Positions 9,283 through 19,651 of a stretch of 40,308 nucleotides of DNA are shown here, one piece after another; position 1 is the first letter of the stretch; every line of letters starts with the position of its first letter. The notes under the pieces are model-generated. The model was given only the letters and a program-made list of their open reading frames with translations. It had not been told where the DNA came from and did no database searches. The DNA is from Coriobacteriia bacterium (GTDB taxonomy: Bacteria > Actinomycetota > Coriobacteriia > Anaerosomatales > JAAXUF01): assembly GCA_037140395.1 (NCBI GenBank), contig JBAXEO010000002.1, forward strand, positions 1 to 40,308, written 5' to 3'. Position numbers and translations under genes: made by a program.

Positions 9283-9809
9283 TGACCAGCGGCCCGACCC
9301 TCGACGAGCTTCAGAGCGCCCTAGAACGGTCCCGCGCCGAGACGCGCTCGGCGTTTGAGAACCGTGCCCTGATGTACGCATACCTCTACGAGGAGCTTGC
9401 CGAGGAGCTCGGTCGCGACCGAGCAGTCGAGGTCATGAAGCGAGCCATCTATCGCCGAGGACTCGAAGTAGGTCGCAAGTACGCCGAGGCGGCCGAGGCA
9501 GGCGACCTGGCCGAAGTGGGCCGCATCTTTGTCGAGGGTTCTCCCTGCGGAGGCACGCTCTTCGAGCCCGCGATTGACGAGCTCGAAGATGGTCGGCTCG
9601 TGCTCAGCATGAGCTCCTGCCCTCTGGCGGACGCATGGCGCGCAATCGGCCTGCCCGCCGAGCAGATCGACACGTTGTGCGAGATAGCTGCCGCCGTCGA
9701 CGAAGGAACGTTTGAGGGAGCCGGGCTCGACCTGACCTTTCTCGATCGTTTGGGCATCCTCGGTTCACGTCACTGCCTGCTCGAGCTCGTCGTGCCCGTC
9801 GGGGAGTAA
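9282..9809 (+). CDS. L-2-amino-thiazoline-4-carboxylic acid hydrolase-like (ATC_hydrolase family) protein
   Basis: The pattern FENRALMYAYLYEEL..RAIYRRGLEVGRKY..SMSSCPLADAWRAIGL..DTLCEIAAAVDEGTF matches my memory of this small Cys-containing family. TGATG overlap with the preceding cytochrome b gene. Confidence 0.55.
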   Translation: MTSGPTLDELQSALERSRAETRSAFENRALMYAYLYEELAEELGRDRAVEVMKRAIYRRGLEVGRKYAEAAEAGDLAEVGRIFVEGSPCGGTLFEPAIDELEDGRLVLSMSSCPLADAWRAIGLPAEQIDTLCEIAAAVDEGTFEGAGLDLTFLDRLGILGSRHCLLELVVPVGE

Positions 9810-9887
9810 CTGGACGCCGTTTTGCGTTTGTCCTACGTGCGAACGGGCATTTTCTTGAGGTGCCCAGCCCCGGACCGGGAGTTCTCT

Positions 9888-10544
9888 ATGCGCTTCCTCA
9901 CCTACAACATTCGCCACGGCGAAGGCGTCGATGGCTGGGTTTCCAACCGCCGCATTGCCAGCGTTATCGCGGGCATCGCTCCCGACGTGGTGGGGGTAAA
10001 CGAGGTCTGGCACATCCGCGGACTTTGGGATCAGCCCGACCAGATCGCACGCATGCTCAACATGGAGCACGCTTTTGAGCCCAACCACACTCGCTGGGTG
10101 CACGCCCTGGGCAACATGGTCATGGCGAACGAGGGAACGCTCTGTTCGGCAAGTAACCTGTTTCTTCCGGGCGGTATGGAGCGCCGAGGCGCTCTGGTCG
10201 CCGAGATCTCGGCTGGCGGCACGCCCATCACGTTCGTCTCCACGCATCTCTCGCTAGGGCGTCGAACGCGTGAGGCCCAGATCGCCTTCCTGGCCGAGAA
10301 CCTGCCCCGCGACACTCCGCTGGTGCTTGCCGGCGATCTGAACTGCCAGGCCGCCGAGTTGACGGTACTCTCCGACCTGCTTGAGGTGGTCGAGAATCCG
10401 CCGAGCAGCTTCCCGAGTATCCGGCCAAACCGCGGCCTGGATCACTTTGCCTATAGCCGGCACTGGAAGCTTGAGGCACTCGAAGCGGTGCCGAGCCGAG
10501 CCTCGGATCACTTGCCGGTCTACGCTGACCTCGTGCTGCGCTAG
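9888..10544 (+). CDS. Endonuclease/exonuclease/phosphatase (EEP) family protein
   Basis: MRFLTYNIRHGEG.., VVGVNEVW, FVSTHLS, LAGDLN, ASDHLPVYADL. These are the canonical EEP motifs. Start moved to ATG 9888. Confidence 0.85.
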   Translation: MRFLTYNIRHGEGVDGWVSNRRIASVIAGIAPDVVGVNEVWHIRGLWDQPDQIARMLNMEHAFEPNHTRWVHALGNMVMANEGTLCSASNLFLPGGMERRGALVAEISAGGTPITFVSTHLSLGRRTREAQIAFLAENLPRDTPLVLAGDLNCQAAELTVLSDLLEVVENPPSSFPSIRPNRGLDHFAYSRHWKLEALEAVPSRASDHLPVYADLVLR

Positions 10545-10577
10545 CACGCGCGGCCTCGTTCGCTCGGGAGTTTGCGG

Positions 10578-11825
10578 CTACTTGAGAAACATTCCGGTAT
10601 GGGCGTTGAACTCGCGCACCCACTGCTTGCCGTCCGGTCGAATCGCGGTGACCTTCACACACCCTGGCGTGGTTGACCTCGACAGCGAGATCCCGGCAGT
10701 TGGGAAGAACTCCACGTTCCATCCGACCCACGACGAGGCGATCGGCACGTTGCACACGGCGAGTCGGCCTCTCACGTTTTGTGCGGGGTCGGGGTTTTGG
10801 GATGTGGTGAGCGGATACTCGTAGAGCTGGGAGATGACCAGCCAGTCGCTGCCCGGCGCGGTGCCGGTGGGGCTGGGAGCAAATGCGTAGTCCTCGTACC
10901 ACACGTGCCCTGCCGTCATCTGTGTCGACCAGGGCATCTTCATGATCTGGGCTTCGAAGGTTGTGAGGCACACACGGCCAATTCCGTCGGCCTTGGCGCC
11001 ACTGGACGGAGCGCGCATGAAGACCACGTACTTGGCGTTGGGCGACAGCAGCGGCCGACTGTCCCAGGCCGAGCCGCTCGTGAGCTGTCTGGTGCCGATG
11101 CCACCGGTCCTGATGTAGATGTCGCCGCCGCTGGCCCACACCGTGGCACCGGGGTAGCTGGCGGTGCAGTTGGACTGAGTGGAGCCGGGCCCACTCGATC
11201 CCGACCCTCCGTTGCCCGCTGAGAAGCTGGCACCTGCGACTGGTGACGCACCGGCCCCAAAGCCCGTTTCCGGCTCGATGCCGAGGGAAACAACCAGCAC
11301 GACCCGTGATCCGACAGGCACCTTGGCATTCGCAGGCGGATTCTGACTGATGACGGCGCCGGCAGGGATGCTGGGGCTGTAGCGCCCCTCGACTTCCATG
11401 ACCAGTTGCTTGGCCTTAATGAGCAGTTCTGCAGCTGAGGTGTCATTGCCTATGACCTCGGGCACCTCGACAAGCTCAGCACCGAGCGCCACCACAAGGT
11501 CAACGCTCCCGCCGCGGGAGAAGACAGCGCCAGCCTCGGGCGCCTGCTCGGCAACCTTGCCCGCCGAGGTGTCGGGGAGCACGACCCTGCTTACAGCGCC
11601 CACCTGGTAACCGGCTTGCGTCAGCTTTGTGACAGCTTGATTCTCGGTTAGCTCGACCACGTCGGGGACACGAGGTACGCACTGGGTGAGCACGATGAGC
11701 AGCACAATTGCTGCAACCAGCACTGTGGCCAGCAGCCCCCAGATGCCAGCATTGCGCCGGTTTTTGGGGTCCTGCTCGGACTCGGGTTCCACCTCATCGT
11801 AGCCGCCGGTGTAGTCGGCCGACAT
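10578..11825 (-). CDS. Membrane-anchored PASTA-domain protein with Cys-containing C-terminal beta-rich domain (no kinase or PBP domain)
   Basis: Short cytosolic N-terminus, TM helix GIWGLLATVLVAAIVLLIVL, two PASTA repeats (VPDVVELTENQAVTKLTQAGY..VDLVVALG and VPEVIGNDTSAAELLIKAKQ..VVLVVSLG), a Gly/Ser linker, then about 200 aa containing a PD40-like stretch GGDIYIRTGGIGTRQLTSGSAWDSRPLLSPNAKYVVF. Start moved to ATG 11825 behind GAGGGGGG. Confidence 0.75.
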   Translation of the reverse strand: MSADYTGGYDEVEPESEQDPKNRRNAGIWGLLATVLVAAIVLLIVLTQCVPRVPDVVELTENQAVTKLTQAGYQVGAVSRVVLPDTSAGKVAEQAPEAGAVFSRGGSVDLVVALGAELVEVPEVIGNDTSAAELLIKAKQLVMEVEGRYSPSIPAGAVISQNPPANAKVPVGSRVVLVVSLGIEPETGFGAGASPVAGASFSAGNGGSGSSGPGSTQSNCTASYPGATVWASGGDIYIRTGGIGTRQLTSGSAWDSRPLLSPNAKYVVFMRAPSSGAKADGIGRVCLTTFEAQIMKMPWSTQMTAGHVWYEDYAFAPSPTGTAPGSDWLVISQLYEYPLTTSQNPDPAQNVRGRLAVCNVPIASSWVGWNVEFFPTAGISLSRSTTPGCVKVTAIRPDGKQWVREFNAHTGMFLK

Positions 11826-12018
11826 TCCGTTGCCCCCCTCGGCAAGGACACGGTTTATGCATTGCGCTACTTGCATCTTACGCGAGGTTAACGGCTTCGC
11901 GCGCACACTTTTCGGTGGTGAGGACGCAAGAGGCATCATTGTCGAGCGTGCTACACTACCCCCTTGCGCTAAATGTGTCCCAGACGGCAACTACGTCTCT
12001 CAGAAGTATCGGAGCATC

Positions 12019-13830
<1,812 letters not shown>

Positions 13831-13849
13831 GGACCGGCGTCACCCGCAG

Positions 13850-14761
13850 TCACTCCCGATTCACCTCGGGATCTTCCGCGATCGCGGCCATACGGCGCTG
13901 CAGCTCCTCGCGAATGGGCTCGGTGAGGTACTGCGCCGCCCGCACCTCGCCGGAATCCAGCCCTAGCAGCGCCACCTGTTCAGGGCCTTTGCTCGTGCAC
14001 ATGACTAGCCCGATGGGTGCCGAGTCGCCCTCGTGTCGCTGGTGAGCGTCGAGCCAACGCAAGTAGAGCATCATCTGCCCGTAGTCTCCCGGCTCCAGTG
14101 GACGCGTCTTGAGCTCGAGTGCGACGTAGCAGCGCATGGTGATGTGGTAGAAGAGCAGATCGAGGTAGAAGTCGGCGCCGTCGACAGTCATGCGTTTCTG
14201 CCGTTCCACGAACGCGAAGCCGCCCCCAAGCTCGAGCAAGAATCGCTGCATCTCGTCGAGAATTGCGCGCTCGAGGTCGGCCTCTGTGTGCTGCGACGGC
14301 AAGCCGAGGAAGTCGAGCACGTAGGGGTCGCGGAAAGCGAGCGACGGCTCGACGGCGCCGGTGGTTGCGAGCGTCGCGAGCTCGGCTTCGATGCCGTCGG
14401 CAGAGCCTCGGGCGGCGATGGTGCGCTCGTAGAGCTTGCCGGCGATCTTGGCCCGTAGGGTGCGTTTTGACCAGCGCTCGTGGATGCAGAAAGCTAGGTA
14501 GAAGTCGCGTTTGCGCTGCTCATCAATGGCGAGAAGTTCGCTGATGTTGGTCCAAGTCAATTGCGACGCCACTGGCGACGCAATCTCCAGTAGCGGATAG
14601 GTCTCTGAGAAACGCAACATTCGCTCCAGGTTCCGCTGCCCCCAACCTCGCCCGTAGCGCGCAGTCAGCCTGACGGCCAGGCGCTTCACGACTTCTTGCC
14701 CGTACGCCCCTCGTTCCCCGCCGAGAACCTCCTCGCGCACGGCACTTATGCATTCCCGCAT
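13850..14761 (-). CDS. YhcG/DUF1016 family PDDEXK nuclease, N-terminally short
   Basis: GRGWGQRNLERMLRF, LTWTNISELL, FRDPYVLDFLGL, ERAILDEMQRFLLELGGGFAFVERQ, and PD-(D/E)xK core DLLFYH..YVALELK. It begins only 18 nt after the upstream gene's stop and lacks the usual roughly 40-60 N-terminal residues. Confidence 0.8.
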   Translation of the reverse strand: MRECISAVREEVLGGERGAYGQEVVKRLAVRLTARYGRGWGQRNLERMLRFSETYPLLEIASPVASQLTWTNISELLAIDEQRKRDFYLAFCIHERWSKRTLRAKIAGKLYERTIAARGSADGIEAELATLATTGAVEPSLAFRDPYVLDFLGLPSQHTEADLERAILDEMQRFLLELGGGFAFVERQKRMTVDGADFYLDLLFYHITMRCYVALELKTRPLEPGDYGQMMLYLRWLDAHQRHEGDSAPIGLVMCTSKGPEQVALLGLDSGEVRAAQYLTEPIREELQRRMAAIAEDPEVNRE

Positions 14762-14779
14762 CGGACCCGCGACGTCGGC

Positions 14780-15805
14780 CTACTGTCCGCTCGTGTACGG
14801 CGCAGCGCCAGCGAAGTCGCTCGCGATAGTCGAACGGATCCCGCGAACCACTCCCGAATCCTTTGTGATGATTCCGACGTTGCGGTTCTGGTCGGTCATG
14901 GGCGTCGTGAAGTTGGCGCTGCCCGCGTAGGCCGTGTCATCGTTAACCGTGAGGGCCTTGGCGTGGATGTAGATCGGGGCGCTCGGCTGGTAGACCCTCA
15001 CTTGCACGCCGCCCGCGCTGAGGGCGTTAAGTCCCGCTGCCCAGTTGGAGTCGTACGTCATGAGGAAGTTCACCGTAGCCCCGCGTTTTGCCGCCGACAC
15101 CAGCGCCTGCTGTATCGGCGGGCTGTCGAGCTGCTCGGACTCGGCCCAGACAGTGGTTCCCGCGCGCGCCGAATCGATCAGGTCGACGAGGGGTGTCTGC
15201 GCGCCTGGTGACCAGACCAAGTCCGAGCCGCTGGGCACCACGCCTGAAGTCGGCGGGCTGCTCGTGGCCTGCCAGTCCTTGTCAAACGTCGCATCCATCC
15301 CCGCCACTGTTGCACGATCGTCGGTGATCACCGCGAAGTCCCTCACGAAGGGATAGTAGGGTGCGTACAGATTGCAGGTCATGATTGCGGCAGCAACGCC
15401 GTCACGGCTGATGCTCTTCTGGTGCCAAAGCGTTCCGGACCAAGCCCATCTCACTTCGACGCTGCTCGTAGATAGATCGCTGTAGGCGGCCTGGTTCATG
15501 GTCGGGCTGCCGCCGCCTGAAATGTTGGAGTCGAGCAGCACTCGGACCTTGACTCCGCGCTTGGCCGCTGCCTTCAGGGCATCTTGTGCCCTTGTGTCCT
15601 GCAGCTGATACATCGTCATGTCGAGAGACGTCTTGGCTCCCGAGATGAAGTCGTAGATGGGCTGGTATCCGGCCTGTGGCTCGACCACGAGAGTGAGTGT
15701 GGGTTTGGGCGGCTCGGGCGCCATGGACTGCGCCGGAGCGCATCCGGACACGACCGTCGCGAGCAGCACGGCGCTCAGGGCAATTCCGGCGAAAGAGGCA
15801 CGCAT
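14780..15805 (-). CDS. Phospholipase D / HKD-superfamily lipoprotein
   Basis: Signal peptide with lipobox VVSGC. First HKD motif is WHQKSISRD. Second is IHAKALTVNDD..GSANF, slightly off consensus. Confidence 0.8.
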   Translation of the reverse strand: MRASFAGIALSAVLLATVVSGCAPAQSMAPEPPKPTLTLVVEPQAGYQPIYDFISGAKTSLDMTMYQLQDTRAQDALKAAAKRGVKVRVLLDSNISGGGSPTMNQAAYSDLSTSSVEVRWAWSGTLWHQKSISRDGVAAAIMTCNLYAPYYPFVRDFAVITDDRATVAGMDATFDKDWQATSSPPTSGVVPSGSDLVWSPGAQTPLVDLIDSARAGTTVWAESEQLDSPPIQQALVSAAKRGATVNFLMTYDSNWAAGLNALSAGGVQVRVYQPSAPIYIHAKALTVNDDTAYAGSANFTTPMTDQNRNVGIITKDSGVVRGIRSTIASDFAGAAPYTSGQ

Positions 15806-15816
15806 CGCTCTTGCTC

Positions 15817-16884
15817 CTATCGGTTGGCGAGATACCGGGCGATCCGGTTCGCGGCGTTGGCCCGGATGTCGAAGTAGTAGAGCGGGTAATCGTAGTTGTG
15901 GAAGATTCCTGCGGCGGTCACGCTGTTGCCCGGATCGAGCGTTGCCGTGTTCACCGTGCTGCAGATCAACAGACCCTTCGCTGTGTCGATCTTCGCATCG
16001 GCGACGCCGAGCATCCTCTTCGGCTGCCCGTGGGCATCGAGCACGGCGTAGCTATTCGCGTCGAGCGAGATGCCCCCGAGGTTCTGTGCGGCCGTAGCGG
16101 TCGCCTCGCTCCTCGTCCACGTGATCGGGTTGATGACCATCGCGCCGGGGTGCACTACGGGGTCGGGCATCGTGGTCGTCGGGGCGACTGTGTTGTAAGA
16201 GACGATCACCTGCGTGTCGTCGGCGTTCTCGGCGAACTTGAGCTCGCTGTGCTGCTGCAGGTACTGCGGCGTTATCGAGTACCCGGGCACGTACGCCACG
16301 ATCATGCGCTTGTAGACCTCGGGGTTCTTCTTCATGTAGTCGGCCATCAGGTTGATCATGATGTTGGAGCCTTGCGAGTGGCCCGCAAGGATGAACGGCC
16401 GCCCGTTGTTCAGGTGCTTGATGTAGTAGTCGAATGCCGAAAGCGCATCCGTTGTCGGCGCGCTTCCGATTATCGTGTCCTGCTGCTGAAGCGGCAGCGC
16501 GAGAATCTGGATCTCCGCTTGCCGATAGTACGGCGCGTACACGTTCGCAAGCGGCGAGAACGCTGTCGCGGTCCTGGAGAACGCGGCCTGGGCGCCGCTG
16601 CGCATCTGCGGATTGTCCGCCGAGCAGACGACCGGGGCGCTCGGGCCGGTCGGCTTGTAGACGGTCGGATAGAGGAAGAAGACGTCGACCGGCTTGGAGG
16701 CATCGCTCGACGATGGCTGCGACAGCCAGTTGGAGGAGTCGGCGTAGTCGGGTGCGGGGGCACTTGTGGTTTCGGTAGAGCTGGTCGAAGGCGCGACCGC
16801 AGGATGGCTTCCGCAGCCGGTGACGAACATGGCCACGCAGAGTGCCGCGACCAACATGGCGACGATACTAGGTCTTCTAGGCAT
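15817..16884 (-). CDS. DUF3089-family alpha/beta-hydrolase-like lipoprotein
   Basis: Lipobox FVTGC, VDVFFLYPTVY, APYYRQA and LAGHSQGSNIM are typical of DUF3089. ATG 16884 follows GAGGAGG. The track start at 16902 has no SD. Confidence 0.75.
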   Translation of the reverse strand: MPRRPSIVAMLVAALCVAMFVTGCGSHPAVAPSTSSTETTSAPAPDYADSSNWLSQPSSSDASKPVDVFFLYPTVYKPTGPSAPVVCSADNPQMRSGAQAAFSRTATAFSPLANVYAPYYRQAEIQILALPLQQQDTIIGSAPTTDALSAFDYYIKHLNNGRPFILAGHSQGSNIMINLMADYMKKNPEVYKRMIVAYVPGYSITPQYLQQHSELKFAENADDTQVIVSYNTVAPTTTMPDPVVHPGAMVINPITWTRSEATATAAQNLGGISLDANSYAVLDAHGQPKRMLGVADAKIDTAKGLLICSTVNTATLDPGNSVTAAGIFHNYDYPLYYFDIRANAANRIARYLANR

Positions 16885-16938
16885 TGCGTGTGGCCTCCTC
16901 ATTGCGTGCTGAGCCTGTCACAGCCCGGGCTTCTTCGG

Positions 16939-17781
16939 CTACTTCTCGGCAGCGTCGATCTGCTTCTGGTAGTCGCCGGCTAAGTCGACCTTCTGGAACT
17001 CCTTGGTCTGCGGGATCGAGAGATTGAACCCCGGCGTGATGTCGATCTGTGCCTTCGCCGCGCCCATCGACACGTCGAGTACGTGGCCGCCGCCGGTTTT
17101 GTCGGCGGTCAGGAAGTGGAAATGGTAGCCGGGTGCGTTGATCTGGCCGATCCATGCGGGGCACCAAATGCCGACGAGTACGCCGTCGACGTCGCGGAAT
17201 TCGAACTCGGTCTGCTTGGCAGTGACCTGTGCGAGCGGCGGATAGGGTTCGGTCTGGCCCGGCACGCTGCGTGTCTTGACGTAGTTGAAGTGGCCGGGGA
17301 CGCGGATGACGCGGATGTCGTTGACGCCGGGGATTTGAGCGTCGAGGCTCTTCTTGAGCGCGTCGTAGGTGGGCGCGCCGGTGATCTCGACGGTCCGTTC
17401 GTTGTCGAAGTATGTGACGGCGGCAAATGGTGAGGTGCTTGCGTCAGGGCTCTGGTGCACGGTGCCGTCGGCGCGCACCTGGTAGACGACATCGTCGAGC
17501 ACGATCATCTCACCGTCGAGTGCGGTGAAGGTGCCGATGCCGGTGTTGCCTGCCTGCTTGATCTCGCCGACGGTGACGGTTGGCTGGTAGAGGCCGACGA
17601 CCAGCGCGCTCAGCATCGACCACTGGTAGAGCGTCTCGGAGTCGAAGGCGGCTGGCACCTGCCCGTTGCTGCCGGTGGCCGGAACGGCGACGCTCTTGCT
17701 GCCTGTCGATGGCGCGCATGCGGCCGCGCTCAGCAGCGTGAGCGTGAGCGCCACTGCCGCACCAATCCTGATTCCTCGCAT
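16939..17781 (-). CDS. Alpha-acetolactate decarboxylase family protein with signal/lipoprotein leader
   Basis: LYQWSMLSALVVGLY, GIGTFTALDGEMIVLDDVVYQV, GYHFHFLTADKTGGGHVLD (ALDC metal-binding His region). N-terminus MRGIRIGAAVALTLTLLSAAAC. Confidence 0.8.
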   Translation of the reverse strand: MRGIRIGAAVALTLTLLSAAACAPSTGSKSVAVPATGSNGQVPAAFDSETLYQWSMLSALVVGLYQPTVTVGEIKQAGNTGIGTFTALDGEMIVLDDVVYQVRADGTVHQSPDASTSPFAAVTYFDNERTVEITGAPTYDALKKSLDAQIPGVNDIRVIRVPGHFNYVKTRSVPGQTEPYPPLAQVTAKQTEFEFRDVDGVLVGIWCPAWIGQINAPGYHFHFLTADKTGGGHVLDVSMGAAKAQIDITPGFNLSIPQTKEFQKVDLAGDYQKQIDAAEK

Positions 17782-17920
17782 TGCACTCTCCCTGTTCGCC
17801 GACAGTGACCACAGCCTACACCCGAGGCTGGTGTTCGCGTGAGTTGGCGGCTACGGTGGTGGCGTTGTCCGAGCTACTCCGAAAGGCCTCCATGAAAGTG
17901 CGCTGTGCTTTGGGGTCTAC

Positions 17921-18763
17921 GTGCTGACCGCACTGCTCGGCGCTGCAACGGCGGTTCTGTTTGGCAGTGGGGACTTCTTTGGTGGGCTGGCCAGCCGCAG
18001 AAGCCCCGCACTGGCGGTAACCGGCGTGGTGTATGTGGTCGGCATGGTCGCCTTTGCGGTGTTCTTGCTTTTCGTCCGGCCCGAGCAGGTGACCCGCGTC
18101 GACCTGCTCTGGGGCGCGGCTTCGGGCGTCGCCGGCACGGTGGGCATCGTCTCGTTGTACGCGGCCCTGGCAATCGGTCGCATGAGCATCGTTGCGCCAA
18201 TCACGGCGGCACTCAGCGGCGCAGGGCCGGCGATCTTCGATCTTGTGCGCGGCTCTCACGTGGGGCCGATTACGCTTGTGGGTTTGGCCTTGGCGCTGGT
18301 TTCGGTGATCATCGTGAGCACCACCACCGGCACGGTCGAGGAGCATGGCATGCCACCGCTCGCCGTGGGGCTCTCGGTGCTGGCGGGAGCGAGTTTTGCC
18401 TGCTCGCTGGTCTCGCTCTCGCTCACTTTGCCAGCGAGCGGTTTCGCGCCGCTCCTGATCGCCCGCACGGTCGGCACCGTCATCATGGCAATTGCGTTGA
18501 TCGTGCGCCGGCGCGACATGAAACTGGATCGCGAGGCAGTTCGGATGGCGCTGGGCGCAGGGCTGCTCGACGCCACGGCCAACGTCGTGATGCTCTCGGC
18601 CATTCGGATTGGTCCGCTGGCGGTCGCGGCGGTTGTCGGCGGCTTGTACCCGGTTGCGACGATGCTACTGGCGCGGATGGTGCTGGGTGAGCGACTCAAG
18701 CGGCATCAGGCGTTCGGTGTTGCGATGGCTCTAGCGGCGGTTGTCCTCACCGCGTTACCCTAG
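17921..18763 (+). CDS. EamA/DMT superfamily transporter
   Basis: About ten TM helices in two halves. N-terminus LTALLGAATAVLFGSGDFFGGLASRR and C-terminal half LLDATANVVMLSAIRIGPLAVAAVVGGLYPVATMLLARMVLGERL are typical of EamA. GTG start. Confidence 0.8.
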   Translation: MLTALLGAATAVLFGSGDFFGGLASRRSPALAVTGVVYVVGMVAFAVFLLFVRPEQVTRVDLLWGAASGVAGTVGIVSLYAALAIGRMSIVAPITAALSGAGPAIFDLVRGSHVGPITLVGLALALVSVIIVSTTTGTVEEHGMPPLAVGLSVLAGASFACSLVSLSLTLPASGFAPLLIARTVGTVIMAIALIVRRRDMKLDREAVRMALGAGLLDATANVVMLSAIRIGPLAVAAVVGGLYPVATMLLARMVLGERLKRHQAFGVAMALAAVVLTALP

Positions 18764-18799
18764 CGAGCACATGGCGGTCGTCTCGGCGGCGAAAGGCGG

Positions 18800-19651
18800 G
18801 TGGGGGCTGTGAGCGACGATACGTCCGAGCCGGAGTTGGAGCCGAAGCTGGAGCCGGAGGCAGAGCCGGAACCGGATGTGGAGCTGACGCCGAAGCCGGA
18901 GTCGGAGCCGAAAGACCACGGCGCGGTGTACTCGGCTGCGAGGTTTGGGTGCGGTGGCATCCTGCTGGTCCTTATGGCTGCGGCAACGGGGATGGCGCTG
19001 GTGTCGGGCCTCGGGACGTGGGTCGCGCGGCACAAGGTCTCCACGGTGCCCAGCGTCACCGGGTTGCGTGTCCCCAGTGCGACCGCGCGCATTCTAGCTG
19101 CCGATCTGACCACGGCGCCCATGGGCGCGTTTGCGACGGCCGACTTCGAGCCCGACGTTGCCATGCGGCAAGATCCGCCTTCTGCTACTCATGTACCCCC
19201 TGGAACGCGCGTCGACCTGCTGGTCGCGGTTGCGCCGACGCCCACCGTTGTGCCTGACGTATCCATGGATACCGATGTTGCTGCGGCGAGCGTGCTCGAG
19301 TACGCGCTCCTGAGGCCCGTCGTGTACCAGCAGCTCAGCGACAGCGTTCCCTTTGGGCGGGTTGTCGCGCAGATGCCGCGGGCAGGGCAGCGCGCGACAA
19401 CCGGTCAGCAGGTTGCGCTGTTCGTGTCGATGGGCCGAGGGACGGGCGGTGCGGTGGTTCCCAGTGTGCTGGGCAAGTCATTGAGCGAGGCCGCGACCGA
19501 TGTCGCGAGCGTCTATCTCGTGGCGCTACTCTTTGATGCCGGTCCTGGCACGAGCCTGAGCGGCAAGGTGACCGACCAACTGCCGGCACCTGGCACGCGG
19601 GTACCAATCGGCTCAGGTGTGCCGCTCATCACTAGCAGCGTGGTGAACTAA
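18800..19651 (+). CDS. Membrane-anchored protein with three PASTA repeats only
   Basis: Acidic EP-repeat N-terminus (EPELEPKLEPEAEPEPDVELTPKPESEP), TM helix GGILLVLMAAATGMALVSGL, then three PASTA-like repeats (VPSVTGLRVPSA.., VVPDVSMDTDVAAA.., VVPSVLGKSLSEAA..). Start is GTG 18800, or possibly GTG 18809. Confidence 0.7.
   Translation: MGAVSDDTSEPELEPKLEPEAEPEPDVELTPKPESEPKDHGAVYSAARFGCGGILLVLMAAATGMALVSGLGTWVARHKVSTVPSVTGLRVPSATARILAADLTTAPMGAFATADFEPDVAMRQDPPSATHVPPGTRVDLLVAVAPTPTVVPDVSMDTDVAAASVLEYALLRPVVYQQLSDSVPFGRVVAQMPRAGQRATTGQQVALFVSMGRGTGGAVVPSVLGKSLSEAATDVASVYLVALLFDAGPGTSLSGKVTDQLPAPGTRVPIGSGVPLITSSVVN

Noticed and set aside
10228-11139. 303-aa minus-strand ORF spanning the EEP 3' end and PASTA gene
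   Set aside because: It is out of frame with the PASTA protein, extremely Arg/Pro/Ala-rich, and crosses a convergent gene junction.
13850-15805. YhcG nuclease plus PLD/HKD protein as a two-gene defence system
   Set aside because: The HKD protein has a lipoprotein signal peptide, so it is exported rather than a cytosolic nuclease. There is no helicase, methylase, ATPase or mobile-element marker nearby.
15697-16983. 428-aa plus-strand ORF
   Set aside because: It is antisense to the DUF3089 lipoprotein gene. Its Arg/Val/Gly-rich composition is typical of shadow ORFs in high-GC DNA, and it has no recognisable domain.
18825-18915. Imperfect GAGCCG-type nucleotide repeats as a non-coding tandem repeat or CRISPR-like array
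   Set aside because: They lie in frame inside an ORF and encode an EP-rich low-complexity segment. The units are too short and irregular for an array.
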